DNA from: Escherichia coli
GTDB taxonomy: Bacteria; Pseudomonadota; Gammaproteobacteria; Enterobacterales; Enterobacteriaceae
DNA length: 64,000 nucleotides
Direction: 5' to 3' (one strand)
Assembly: GCF_051903065.1 (NCBI RefSeq)
Contig: NZ_CP178438.1
Positions within the stretch are counted from its first letter, which is position 1, and the number at the start of each line of letters is the position of its first letter. Below the pieces are notes generated by a model. That model was not told the DNA's origin and ran no database searches. It saw only the letters and a program-made list of their open reading frames with translations. Made by a program: the position numbers and the translations under genes. Of the stretch, positions 24,177 through 34,510 are shown piece after piece.

Positions 24177-24611
24177 GTGAAAAGTACCAGCGATCTGTTC
24201 AATGAAATTATTCCATTGGGTCGCTTAATCCATATGGTTAATCAGAAGAAAGATCGTCTGCTTAACGAGTATCTGTCTCCGCTGGATATCACCGCGGCAC
24301 AGTTTAAGGTGCTCTGCTCTATCCGCTGCGCGGCGTGTATTACTCCGGTTGAACTGAAAAAAGTGTTGTCGGTCGACCTGGGAGCACTGACCCGTATGCT
24401 GGATCGCCTGGTCTGTAAAGGCTGGGTTGAAAGGTTGCCGAACCCGAATGATAAGCGCGGCGTACTGGTAAAACTTACCACCAGCGGCGCGGCAATATGT
24501 GAACAATGCCATCAATTAGTTGGCCAGGACCTGCATCAAGAATTAACAAAAAACCTGACGGCGGACGAAGTGGCAACACTTGAGCATTTGCTTAAGAAAG
24601 TCCTGCCGTAA
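24177..24611 (+). CDS. marR: Multiple antibiotic resistance repressor MarR (GTG start)
   Basis: 144-aa winged-helix ORF starting at GTG ([21 protein letters not shown]...). Confidence 0.9.
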
Positions 24612-24631
24612 ACAAAAAAAGAGGTATGACG

Positions 24632-25015
24632 ATGTCCAGACGCAATACTGACGCTATTACCATTCATAGCATTTTGGACTGGATCGAGGACAACCTGGAA
24701 TCGCCACTGTCACTGGAGAAAGTGTCAGAGCGTTCGGGTTACTCCAAATGGCACCTGCAACGGATGTTTAAAAAAGAAACCGGTCATTCATTAGGCCAAT
24801 ACATCCGCAGCCGTAAGATGACGGAAATCGCGCAAAAGCTGAAGGAAAGTAACGAGCCAATACTCTATCTGGCAGAACGATATGGCTTCGAGTCGCAACA
24901 AACTCTGACCCGAACCTTCAAAAATTACTTTGATGTCCCGCCACATAAATACCGGATGACCAATATGCAGGGCGAATCGCGCTTTTTACATCCATTAAAT
25001 CATTACAACAGCTAG
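24632..25015 (+). CDS. marA: AraC/XylS-family activator MarA
   Basis: 127 aa from [51 protein letters not shown]...; two HTH motifs. Confidence 0.9.
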
Positions 25016-25046
25016 TTGAAAACGTGACAACGTCACTGAGGCAATT

Positions 25047-25265
25047 ATGAAACCGCTTTTATCCGCAATAGCAGCTGCGCTTATTCTCTTTTCCGCGCAG
25101 GGCGTTGCGGAACAAACCCAGCAACCGCTCGTTACTTCCTGTGGCGATGTGGTGGTTGTTCCCCCATCGCAGGAACAACCACCGTTTGATTTAAATCACA
25201 TGGGTACTGGCAGTGATAAGTCGGATGCGCTCGGCGTGCCCTATTATAATCAACACTCTATGTAG
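25047..25265 (+). CDS. marB: Periplasmic protein MarB
   Basis: 72-aa ORF with signal peptide, last gene of marRAB. Confidence 0.85.
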   Translation: MKPLLSAIAAALILFSAQGVAEQTQQPLVTSCGDVVVVPPSQEQPPFDLNHMGTGSDKSDALGVPYYNQHSM

Positions 25266-25295
25266 TTTGTTCTGGCCCCGACATCTCGGGGCTTA

Positions 25296-26195
25296 TTAAC
25301 TTCCCACCTTTACCGCTTTACGCCACTGCAAACCAAATACATTGATATACAGTCCGGCCATAATGAGCACAGCCCCTAAGAATTGCAGACCTGTTAAGCG
25401 TTCATCCAGCAGTAACGCTGCACTTGCCAGACCGACTACCGGCACCAGTAATGATAATGGTGCGACACGCCATGTTTCATAGCGTCCAAGCAGCGTACCC
25501 CAAATCCCGTAGCCAACTATCGTCGCTACAAATGCCAGATACATCAACGCCAGAATGGTGGTCATGTCGATAGTGACCAGACTGTGAATCATTTTTCCGG
25601 AGCCATCGAGAATGAGCGAGGCGACAAAAAACGGAATTATCGGGATTAATGCGCTCCAGACGACCAGAGACATTACCGCCGGACGGGATGAATGAGACAT
25701 GATCTTTTTGTTGAAGATATTGCCACTCGCCCAACTAAATGCCGCTGCCAGAGTCAAAATAAAACCGAGCATCGCCACATGCTGACCGTTAAAGCTATCT
25801 TCGATTAACACCACTACGCCAAAAATCGCTAAGGCGATCCCCGCCAATTGTTTGCCATGCAGTCGCTCACCGAAAGTAAACGCGCCAAGCACGATAGTAA
25901 AAAACGCCTGTGCCTGTAACACCAGCGAAGCCAGTCCAGCAGGCATACCAAAGTTAATGGCGCAGAAGAGAAAGGCAAACTGTGCAAAACTGATGGTTAA
26001 TCCATACCCCAGCAGCAAATTCAGTGGTACTTTCGGTCGTGCGACAAAAAAGATGGCCGGAAAAGCGACCAGCATAAAGCGCAAACCGGCCAGCATCAGC
26101 GGTGGCATGTTATGAAGCCCCACTTTGATGACCACAAAATTTAGCCCCCATACGACCACTACCAGTAGCGCCAACACCCCATCTTTTCGCGACAT
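25296..26195 (-). CDS. eamA: Cysteine/O-acetylserine exporter (DMT superfamily)
   Basis: Multi-TM DMT ORF; start placed at MSRKDGVLALLVVVVWG (299 aa); the ORF track extends to 26216. Confidence 0.8.
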   Translation of the reverse strand: MSRKDGVLALLVVVVWGLNFVVIKVGLHNMPPLMLAGLRFMLVAFPAIFFVARPKVPLNLLLGYGLTISFAQFAFLFCAINFGMPAGLASLVLQAQAFFTIVLGAFTFGERLHGKQLAGIALAIFGVVVLIEDSFNGQHVAMLGFILTLAAAFSWASGNIFNKKIMSHSSRPAVMSLVVWSALIPIIPFFVASLILDGSGKMIHSLVTIDMTTILALMYLAFVATIVGYGIWGTLLGRYETWRVAPLSLLVPVVGLASAALLLDERLTGLQFLGAVLIMAGLYINVFGLQWRKAVKVGS

Positions 26196-26388
26196 TCTAC
26201 CGCCTCTGAATTTCATTTTTTGTCAGCAATCAACTTAGCTGAATTTACTTTTATTTAACAGTTCATTCATTAATCACCGTTTACCACAGCATTAATGGCA
26301 AATAAGTCGCTATACTTCGGATTTTTGCCATGCTATTTCTTTACATCTCCAAAACAAAACATAACGAAATGCACTGTCGGACAGCCAA

Positions 26389-27576
26389 ATGAACTTATCT
26401 CTGAGACGCTCTACTTGCGCCCTTCTCGCCTCGTCATTGTTATTAACTATCGGACGCGGCGCCACGCTGCCATTTATGACTATTTACTTAAGTCGTCAGT
26501 ACAGCCTGAGTGTCGATCTCATTGGTTATGCGATGACAATTGCGCTCACTATTGGCGTCGTTTTTAGCCTCGGTTTTGGTATCCTGGCGGATAAGTTCGA
26601 CAAGAAACGCTATATGTTACTGGCAATTACGGCCTTCGCCAGCGGTTTTATTGCTATTCCCCTGGAGGACAGCGTCACGCTGGTGGTACTTTTTTTCGCA
26701 CTCATCAACTGCGCCTATTCCGTTTTTGCCACAGTGTTGAAAGCCTGGTTTGCCGACAATCTTTCATCCACCAGCAAAACGAAGATCTTCTCGATCAACT
26801 ACACCATGCTCAATATTGGCTGGACCGTCGGCCCGCCGCTCGGCACGCTGTTGGTGATGCAGAGCATCAATCTGCCCTTTTGGCTGGCAGCTATCTGTTC
26901 CGCGTTTCCCATGCTTTTCATTCAAATTTGGGTAAAGCGCAGCGAGAAAATCATCGCCACGGAAACAGACAGTGTCTGGTCGCCGAAAGTTTTATTACAA
27001 GATAAAGCACTGTTGTGGTTTACCTGCTCTGGCTTTCTGGCTTCTTTTGTTAGTGGCGCATTTGCTTCATGCATCTCACAATATGTGATGGTGATTGCTG
27101 ATGGGGATTTTGCCGAAAAGGTGGTCGCGGTTGTTCTTCCGGTGAATGCTGCCATGGTGGTTACGTTGCAATATTCCGTGGGCCGCCGCCTTAACCCGGC
27201 TAACATCCGCGCGCTGATGACAGCTGGCACCCTCTGTTTCGTCATCGGTCTGGTCGGTTTTATTTTTTCCGGCAACAGCCTGCTATTGTGGGGTATGTCA
27301 GCTGCGGTATTTACTGTCGGTGAAATCATTTATGCGCCGGGCGAGTATATGTTGATTGACCATATTGCGCCGCCAGGAATGAAAGCCAGCTATTTTTCCG
27401 CCCAGTCTTTAGGCTGGCTTGGTGCCGCAATTAACCCATTAGTGAGTGGCGTAGTGCTAACCAGCCTGCCGCCTTCCTCGCTGTTTATCATCTTAGCGTT
27501 GGTGATCATTGCTGCGTGGGTGCTGATGTTAAAAGGGATTCGTGCAAAACCGTGGGGGCAGCCCGCGCTTTGTTGA
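26389..27576 (+). CDS. ydeE: MFS transporter YdeE
   Basis: 395-aa 12-TM MFS ORF. Confidence 0.85.
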   Translation: MNLSLRRSTCALLASSLLLTIGRGATLPFMTIYLSRQYSLSVDLIGYAMTIALTIGVVFSLGFGILADKFDKKRYMLLAITAFASGFIAIPLEDSVTLVVLFFALINCAYSVFATVLKAWFADNLSSTSKTKIFSINYTMLNIGWTVGPPLGTLLVMQSINLPFWLAAICSAFPMLFIQIWVKRSEKIIATETDSVWSPKVLLQDKALLWFTCSGFLASFVSGAFASCISQYVMVIADGDFAEKVVAVVLPVNAAMVVTLQYSVGRRLNPANIRALMTAGTLCFVIGLVGFIFSGNSLLLWGMSAAVFTVGEIIYAPGEYMLIDHIAPPGMKASYFSAQSLGWLGAAINPLVSGVVLTSLPPSSLFIILALVIIAAWVLMLKGIRAKPWGQPALC

Positions 27577-27702
27577 TTTAAGTCGAACACAATAAAAATT
27601 TAATTCAGCCTTCGTTTAGGTTACCTCTGCTAATATCTTTCTCATTGAGATGAAAATTAAGGTAAGCGAGGAAACACACCACACCATAAACGGAGGCAAA
27701 TA

Positions 27703-27798
27703 ATGCTGGGTAATATGAATGTTTTTATGGCAGTACTGGGAATAATTTTATTTTCTGGTTTTCTGGCAGCGTATTTCAGCCACAAATGGGATGACTAA
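27703..27798 (+). CDS. mgtS: Small membrane protein MgtS (31 aa)
   Basis: ATG...TAA encodes MLGNMNVFMAVLGIILFSGFLAAYFSHKWDD with an upstream GGAGG RBS; below the ORF-track size cutoff, read directly from the DNA. Confidence 0.85.
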   Translation: MLGNMNVFMAVLGIILFSGFLAAYFSHKWDD

Positions 27799-27825
27799 TG
27801 AACGGAGATAATCCCTCACCTAACC

Positions 27826-27864
27826 GGCCCCTTGTTACAGTTGTGTACAAGGGGCCTGATTTTT
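27826..27864 (+). terminator. Rho-independent terminator of mgtS
   Basis: GGCCCCTTGT...ACAAGGGGCC stem followed by a T-run. Confidence 0.65.
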
Positions 27865-27869
27865 ATGAC

Positions 27870-27968
27870 GGCGAAAAAAAACCGCCAGTAAACCGGCGGT
27901 GAATGCTTGCATGGATAGATTTGTGTTTTGCTTTTACGCTAACAGGCATTTTCCTGCACTGATAACGG
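27870..27968 (-). ncRNA. mgrR: PhoP-activated small RNA MgrR (ends approximate)
   Basis: Minus-strand terminator (stem CCGCCGGTTTACTGGCGG plus U-run) about 100 nt downstream of a PhoP-box-like promoter; lies between mgtS and dgcZ as in K-12. Confidence 0.6.
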
Positions 27969-28005
27969 ATCGTTGACACAGTAGCATCAGTTTTCTCAAT
28001 GAATG

Positions 28006-28023
28006 TTAAACGGAGCTTAAACT
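28006..28023 (-). promoter_or_regulatory. PhoP box (direct GTTTA repeat) of the mgrR promoter
   Basis: Minus-strand AGTTTA-AGCTC-CGTTTA fits (T/G)GTTTA-N5-(T/G)GTTTA. Confidence 0.6.
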
Positions 28024-28907
28024 CGGTTAATCACATTTTGTTCGTCAATAAACATGCAGCGATTTCTTCCGGTTTGCTTACCCTCATACATTGCCCGGTC
28101 TGCTCTTCCAATGACCACATCCAGAGGCTCTTCAGGAAATGCGCGACTGACACCTGCTGTCACGGTAATGTTGATATGCCCTTCAGAATGTGTGATGGCA
28201 TGGTTATCGACTAACTGGCAAATTCTGACACCTGCACGACATGCTTCTTCATCATTAGCCGCTTTGACAATAATGATAAATTCTTCGCCCCCGTAGCGAT
28301 AAACCGTTTCGTAATCACGCGTCCAACTGGCTAAGTAAGTTGCCAGGGTGCGTAATACTACATCGCCGATTAAATGCCCGTAGGTATCATTAACCAATTT
28401 AAATCGGTCAATATCCAACAACATTAAATAAAGATTCAGAGGCTCAGTGTTGCGTAACTGATGATCAAAGGATTCATCAAGAACCCGACGCCCCGGCAAT
28501 CCCGTCAAAACATCCATATTGCTACGGATTGTCAGCAAATAAATTTTGTAATCGGTTAATGCCGCAGTAAAAGAAAGCAACCCCTCCTGAAAGGCGTCGA
28601 AATGCGCGTCCTGCCAGTGATTTTCAACAATAGCCAGCATTAATTCCCGACCACAGTTATGCATATGTTGATGGGCAGAATCCATTAGCCGAACGTAAGG
28701 TAATTCATCGTTATCGAGTGGCCCCAGATGATCAATCCACCGACCAAACTGGCACAGTCCATAAGAATGGTTATCCGTTATTTCTGGCTTACTGGCATCT
28801 CTCGCTACCACGCTGTGAAACATACTCACCAGCCACTGGTAGTGGGCATCGATAGCCTTATTGAGATTTAACAAGATGGCATCAATTTCCGTTGTCTTCT
28901 TGATCAT
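28017..28907 (-). CDS. dgcZ: Zinc-regulated diguanylate cyclase (CZB + GGDEF)
   Basis: GGDEF domain (RYGGEEF); start placed at MIKKTTEIDAIL (296 aa). Confidence 0.85.
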   Translation of the reverse strand: MIKKTTEIDAILLNLNKAIDAHYQWLVSMFHSVVARDASKPEITDNHSYGLCQFGRWIDHLGPLDNDELPYVRLMDSAHQHMHNCGRELMLAIVENHWQDAHFDAFQEGLLSFTAALTDYKIYLLTIRSNMDVLTGLPGRRVLDESFDHQLRNTEPLNLYLMLLDIDRFKLVNDTYGHLIGDVVLRTLATYLASWTRDYETVYRYGGEEFIIIVKAANDEEACRAGVRICQLVDNHAITHSEGHINITVTAGVSRAFPEEPLDVVIGRADRAMYEGKQTGRNRCMFIDEQNVINRV

Positions 28908-29161
28908 TGCCACTCCTTTTTCACAGTTCCTTGTGCGCGTTATTCTAACGAGAGAAAAGCAAAATTACGTCAATATTTTCATAGAAATCCGAAGTTATGA
29001 GTCATATCTGAGATAACATTGTGATTTAAAACAAAATCAGCGGATAAAAAAGTGTTTAATTCTGTAAATTACCTCTGCATTATCGTAAATAAAAGGATGA
29101 CAAAAAGCATAACCCAATACCCTAATGGCCCAGTAGTTCAGGCCATCAGGCTAATTTATTT

Positions 29162-29554
29162 TTATTTCTGCAAATGAGTGACCCGAACGACGACCGGCGC
29201 GCTTTTCTTATCCAGACTGCCGCTAATGTTGATCATCTGGTCCGGCTGAACTTCTCGTCCATCAAAAACGGCCGCAGGAATAACAACATTAATTTCACCG
29301 CTCTTATCGCGAAAAACGTAACGGTCCTCTCCTTTGTGAGAAATCAAATTACCGCGTAGTGAAACCGAAGCGCCATCGTGCATGGTTTTTACGAAATCAA
29401 CGGTCATTTTTTTTGCATCATCGGTTCCGCGATAGCCATCTTCTATTGCATGAGGCGGCGGTGGCGCTGCATCCTGTTTTAAACCGCCCTGGTCATCTGC
29501 CAACGCATAAGGCATGACAAGAAAACTTGCTAATACAATGGCCTGAAAGTTCAT
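29162..29554 (-). CDS. ydeI: Periplasmic OB-fold (BOF/YgiW-family) stress protein
   Basis: 130-aa ORF with signal peptide; K-12 gene order. Confidence 0.8.
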   Translation of the reverse strand: MNFQAIVLASFLVMPYALADDQGGLKQDAAPPPPHAIEDGYRGTDDAKKMTVDFVKTMHDGASVSLRGNLISHKGEDRYVFRDKSGEINVVIPAAVFDGREVQPDQMINISGSLDKKSAPVVVRVTHLQK

Positions 29555-29829
29555 ACTAACTCCTTAATTGCGTTTGGTTTGACTTATTAAGTCTGGTTGC
29601 TATTTTTATAATTGCCAAATAAGAATACTGCCAATTGTTATAAGGCATTTAAAATCAGCCAACTAGCTGTCAAATATTCAGAGAGTTTAACTCACTAAAG
29701 TTAAGAAGATTGAAAAGTCTTAAACATATTTTCAGAATAATCGGATTTATATGTTTGAAAATTATTATATTGGACGAGTATACAGAAAAAGCAAATCACC
29801 TTTACATATAAAAGCGTGGACAAAAAACA

Positions 29830-30348
29830 GTGAACATTAATAGAAATAAAATTGTACAACTTGCAGATACCGACACTATTGAAAACCTGACATCCGCGTT
29901 GAGTCAAAGACTTATCGCGGATCAATTACGCTTAACTACCGCCGAATCATGCACCGGCGGTAAGTTGGCTAGCGCCCTGTGTGCAGCTGAAGATACACCC
30001 AAATTTTACGGTGCAGGCTTTGTTACTTTCACCGATCAGGCAAAGATGAAAATCCTCAGCGTAAGCCAGCAATCTCTTGAACGATATTCTGCGGTGAGTG
30101 AGAAAGTGGCAGCAGAAATGGCAACCGGTGCCATAGAGCGTGCGGATGCTGATGTCAGTATTGCCATTACCGGCTACGGCGGACCGGAGGGCGGTGAAGA
30201 TGGTACGCCAGCGGGTACCGTCTGGTTCGCGTGGCATATTAAAGGCCAGAACTACACTGCGGTTATGCATTTTGCTGGCGACTGCGAAACGGTATTAGCT
30301 TTAGCGGTGAGGTTTGCCCTCGCCCAGCTGCTGCAGTTACTGCTATAA
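29830..30348 (+). CDS. ydeJ: CinA C-terminal-domain protein (NMN deamidase-like)
   Basis: 172-aa ORF; K-12 gene order. Confidence 0.8.
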   Translation: MNINRNKIVQLADTDTIENLTSALSQRLIADQLRLTTAESCTGGKLASALCAAEDTPKFYGAGFVTFTDQAKMKILSVSQQSLERYSAVSEKVAAEMATGAIERADADVSIAITGYGGPEGGEDGTPAGTVWFAWHIKGQNYTAVMHFAGDCETVLALAVRFALAQLLQLLL

Positions 30349-30392
30349 CCAGGCTGGCCTGGCGATATCTCCAGGACAGCCATTGGTGGTGT

Positions 30393-32438
30393 TTATATGT
30401 TCAAGCCACGATGTTGCAGCATCGGCATAATCTGAGGAGCCTTACCGCGCCATTGTCGATACAGGCGTTCCAGATCTTCGCTGTTACCTCTGGAAAGGAT
30501 CGCCTCGCGAAAACGCAGCCCATTTTCACGCGTTAATCCGCCCTGCTCAACAAACCACTGGTAACCATCATCGGCCAACATTTGCGTCCACAGATAAGCG
30601 TAATAACCTGCGGCATATCCGCCACCAAAAATATGGGCAAAATAACTGCTGCGATAGCGTGGCGGTATAGCAGGAAGATCCATATTTTCCGCCACCAGCG
30701 CCCGCAATTCGAAATCATCGACATCCTGCATTGCTTCGTTTTCTTCCAGGCAATGCCAGCGCATATCGAGAAGTGCGGCGCTAAGCAGTTCGCTCATCTC
30801 ATACCCTTTGTTGAACAGGCTGGCATTACGCATTTTCTGTTGCAGTTCGTCAGGCATTGCTGCCCCGCTCTGATAATGCCGGGCGTAGCGAGCGAATACC
30901 TGCGGATGCGTTGCCCAGTGTTCGTTGATTTGCGAAGGAAATTCGACAAAATCACGCGGCGTGTTGGTACCGGAAAGCGTGGCATAACGCTGGCGGGCAA
31001 AAAGGCCGTGCAGTGTATGACCAAATTCATGGAATAAGGTTATGACATCATCCCAGAGTAACAACGCAGGCTCACCGGCAACGGGTTTCTGATAATTGCA
31101 GACGTTATAAATTACCGGATGCGTTTCATTAAGCGTTGATTGCTCAACAAAATTGCCCATCCATGCACCGCCGCTTTTTGAATCACGGGCGAAGAAATCA
31201 CCGTAAAATAACGCCAGCCCCACGCCATTATGATCAAATATTTCCCACACACGAACGTCAGGATGGTAGACAGGGATATCAAAACGTTCGACAAACTTAA
31301 TACCGAAGAGCTGATTCGCGGTCCAGAATACACCTTCATTCAACACCGTGTTTAATTCAAAATATGGCTTGAGCTGCGCCTCATCAAGATCAAATTTCTC
31401 CCGCCGTACCTGTTCGGCATAAAATGCCCAGTCCCACGGCTGCGCGCTAAACCCGCCTTGCTGCTTATCGATAACCGCCTGTATGGAGGCTAATTCATCG
31501 CTCGCACGTTGACGCGCCGCTGGAACAATTTCCCGCATAAAGTTAAGTGCTGCTTCAGGTGTTTTTGCCATCTGATCGGCGATTTTCCATGCGGCATAAT
31601 GAGGAAAACCAAGTAGTGTTGCCTGTTGTGCACGGATCTCCACCAGACGTTGAATGATAGCGCGGGTATCATTGGCATCATTTTTTTCCGCTCGCGTCCA
31701 GCCCGCAATAAACAGTTTTTCACGCGTCGCACGATCGCGCATTTCGGCAAGCGCCGGTTGTTGGGTGGTATTCAGCAGCGGAATCAGCCATTTGTTATCC
31801 AGACCTTTCTCGCGAGCCGCCTCTGCCGCCAGCGCAATCTCTTGCTCACTCATTCCTGCCAGCTGCGCGATATCGTTCACAACCAGACCGCCGGATTTAT
31901 TTGCTGCCAGTAATCGCTGGTTAAATTGACTGGTCAGTGTCGCAGCTTCTGTATTCAGTACTTTTAATTTTGCTTTATCAGCTTGTGCAAGTTTGGCTCC
32001 GGCTAGGACAAAACGTTGATGAATCACCTCCACCAGGCGGATGGATTCACTATCAAGCCCCAGAGATTCACGGCGTTGCCAGACAGCATCTACCCGCGCG
32101 AATAATTCACCGTTCAGATAGATATCATTAGCCAGTTCCGCCAGTTCAGCGGAAAACTGCTCGTCAAGACGCTGTAATTCATCATTGGTATGCGCCGCAG
32201 TCATCGCAAAAAAGACGCTGGTAACGCGGGTAAGTAATTCTCCGCTTTGTTCCAGTGCCAGAATAGTATTGTTGAAATCAGGTGTTTGCGGGTTAAGCGC
32301 GATGGCAGCAATTTCTGCCCGCTTTTGCAGCATTCCCTCATCGAATGCCGGGCGATAGTGATGATTGGCAATTTGATCAAAATGGGGAGCCAAATACGGC
32401 AGTGTGCTTTGCACAAGGAAAGGATTCATTGTTGTCAT
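30393..32438 (-). CDS. dcp: Dipeptidyl carboxypeptidase II (M3 metallopeptidase)
   Basis: HEFGH zinc-binding motif present; start placed at MTTMNPFLVQ (681 aa); the ORF track extends to 32504. Confidence 0.85.
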   Translation of the reverse strand: MTTMNPFLVQSTLPYLAPHFDQIANHHYRPAFDEGMLQKRAEIAAIALNPQTPDFNNTILALEQSGELLTRVTSVFFAMTAAHTNDELQRLDEQFSAELAELANDIYLNGELFARVDAVWQRRESLGLDSESIRLVEVIHQRFVLAGAKLAQADKAKLKVLNTEAATLTSQFNQRLLAANKSGGLVVNDIAQLAGMSEQEIALAAEAAREKGLDNKWLIPLLNTTQQPALAEMRDRATREKLFIAGWTRAEKNDANDTRAIIQRLVEIRAQQATLLGFPHYAAWKIADQMAKTPEAALNFMREIVPAARQRASDELASIQAVIDKQQGGFSAQPWDWAFYAEQVRREKFDLDEAQLKPYFELNTVLNEGVFWTANQLFGIKFVERFDIPVYHPDVRVWEIFDHNGVGLALFYGDFFARDSKSGGAWMGNFVEQSTLNETHPVIYNVCNYQKPVAGEPALLLWDDVITLFHEFGHTLHGLFARQRYATLSGTNTPRDFVEFPSQINEHWATHPQVFARYARHYQSGAAMPDELQQKMRNASLFNKGYEMSELLSAALLDMRWHCLEENEAMQDVDDFELRALVAENMDLPAIPPRYRSSYFAHIFGGGYAAGYYAYLWTQMLADDGYQWFVEQGGLTRENGLRFREAILSRGNSEDLERLYRQWRGKAPQIMPMLQHRGLNI

Positions 32439-32574
32439 TTTCTTCTCCTGAACGCGAGGTGTTCCATAGCGTAGGCTTACTGATAACGGAGTGCAATCTT
32501 GCAAACCAGTATTACCCGCTCTTAAGCATCACGTGCTATGTTATTGACACACAAAAGCGTTGAGGAACAGTGAG

Positions 32575-33321
32575 ATGATCGTTTTAGTAACTGGAGCAAC
32601 GGCAGGTTTTGGTGAATGCATTACTCGTCGTTTTATTCAACAAGGGCATAAAGTTATCGCCACTGGCCGTCGCCAGGAACGGTTGCAGGAGTTAAAAGAC
32701 GAACTGGGAGATAATCTGTACATCGCCCAACTGGACGTTCGCAACCGCGCCGCTATTGAAGAGATGCTGGCATCGCTCCCTGCCGAGTGGAGCAATATTG
32801 ATATCCTGGTAAACAATGCCGGCCTGGCGTTGGGCATGGAGCCTGCGCATAAAGCCAGCGTTGAAGACTGGGAAACGATGATTGATACAAACAACAAAGG
32901 CCTGGTATATATGACGCGCGCCGTCTTACCGGGTATGGTTGAACGTAATCATGGTCATATTATTAACATTGGCTCAACGGCAGGTAGCTGGCCGTATGCC
33001 GGTGGTAACGTTTACGGTGCGACGAAAGCGTTTGTTCGTCAGTTTAGCCTGAATCTGCGTACGGACCTGCATGGTACGGCGGTGCGCGTCACCGACATCG
33101 AACCGGGTCTGGTGGGTGGCACCGAGTTTTCCAATGTCCGCTTTAAAGGCGATGACGGTAAAGCGGAAAAAACCTATCAAAATACCGTTGCATTGACGCC
33201 GGAAGATGTCAGCGAAGCCGTCTGGTGGGTGTCAACGCTGCCTGCTCACGTCAATATCAATACCCTGGAAATGATGCCGGTTACCCAAAGCTATGCCGGG
33301 CTGAATGTCCACCGTCAGTAA
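32575..33321 (+). CDS. ydfG: NADP-dependent 3-hydroxy acid dehydrogenase (SDR)
   Basis: SDR with TGATAGFG Rossmann motif; start placed at MIVLVTGATAGFG (248 aa). Confidence 0.85.
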   Translation: MIVLVTGATAGFGECITRRFIQQGHKVIATGRRQERLQELKDELGDNLYIAQLDVRNRAAIEEMLASLPAEWSNIDILVNNAGLALGMEPAHKASVEDWETMIDTNNKGLVYMTRAVLPGMVERNHGHIINIGSTAGSWPYAGGNVYGATKAFVRQFSLNLRTDLHGTAVRVTDIEPGLVGGTEFSNVRFKGDDGKAEKTYQNTVALTPEDVSEAVWWVSTLPAHVNINTLEMMPVTQSYAGLNVHRQ

Positions 33322-33409
33322 TTTTTATACCCGGCGTAACTGCCGGGTTATTGCTTGTCACAAAAAAGTGGTAGACTCATGCAGTTAACTCACTCACAAG
33401 CAAGAACGA

Positions 33410-34096
33410 ATGACCGTCGAAACGCAACTTAATCCCACACAGCCTGTCAATCAGCAAATTTATCGTATCCTTCGTCGCGACATTGTCCATTGCCTGATTG
33501 CCCCAGGCACACCGTTGTCGGAAAAAGAAGTTTCTGTTCGTTTCAATGTGTCACGCCAGCCGGTTCGTGAAGCCTTTATTAAACTGGCGGAAAACGGCCT
33601 GATTCAAATTCGTCCGCAGCGTGGCAGCTACGTCAACAAAATTTCCATGGCCCAGGTGCGCAACGGCAGTTTTATCCGTCAGGCCATTGAGTGCGCGGTG
33701 GCGCGTCGGGCGGCGAGCATGATTACCGAAAGCCAGTGCTACCAACTGGAACAAAATCTTCACCAGCAACGCATTGCCATTGAGCGCAAGCAACTGGATG
33801 ATTTTTTTGAACTTGATGACAACTTCCATCAACTCCTGACGCAGATTGCCGACTGTCAACTGGCGTGGGATACCATTGAGAACCTGAAAGCGACCGTTGA
33901 TCGCGTGCGCTATATGAGTTTCGACCACGTTTCTCCACCAGAAATGCTGTTACGCCAGCATCTTGATATTTTCTCTGCCCTGCAAAAACGTGATGGCGAT
34001 GCGGTAGAACGTGCAATGACGCAACATTTGCAGGAAATCAGCGAATCCGTGCGCCAGATCCGTCAGGAAAACAGCGACTGGTTTAGCGAAGAGTAA
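33410..34096 (+). CDS. ydfH: GntR/FadR-family transcriptional regulator
   Basis: 228-aa ORF with N-terminal GntR HTH and FCD C-terminal domain. Confidence 0.85.
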
Positions 34097-34272
34097 TTCA
34101 TTTCCTCTCATCCCATCCGGGGTGAGAGTCTTTTCCCCCGCCTTATGGCTCATGCATGCATCAAAAAAGATGTGAGCTTGATCAAAAACAAAAAATATTT
34201 CACTCGACAGGAGTATTTATATTGCGCCCGTTACGTGGGCTTCGACTGTAAATCAGAAAGGAGAAAACACCT

Positions 34273-34476
34273 ATGACGACCTACGATCGTAACCGTAACG
34301 CAATCACCACTGGCAGCCGTGTTATGGTTAGCGGCACCGGTCACACTGGCAAGATCCTGTCGATTGATACTGAAGGTCTGACCGCTGAGCAAATCCGCCG
34401 CGGAAAAACCGTAGTTGTTGAAGGTTGTGAAGAGAAACTGGCACCTCTGGACCTGATTCGTCTCGGCATGAACTAA
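34273..34476 (+). CDS. ydfZ: Small protein YdfZ
   Basis: 67-aa ORF; K-12 gene order. Confidence 0.75.
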
Positions 34477-34510
34477 GCGTGTGAATGCCGCCGATGGCGG
34501 CATTGCTTTT

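Noticed and set aside
29701-29925. 74-aa minus-strand ORF in the ydeI-ydeJ intergenic region
   Set aside because: AT-rich low-complexity translation overlapping the ydeJ start; looks like promoter DNA rather than a gene.
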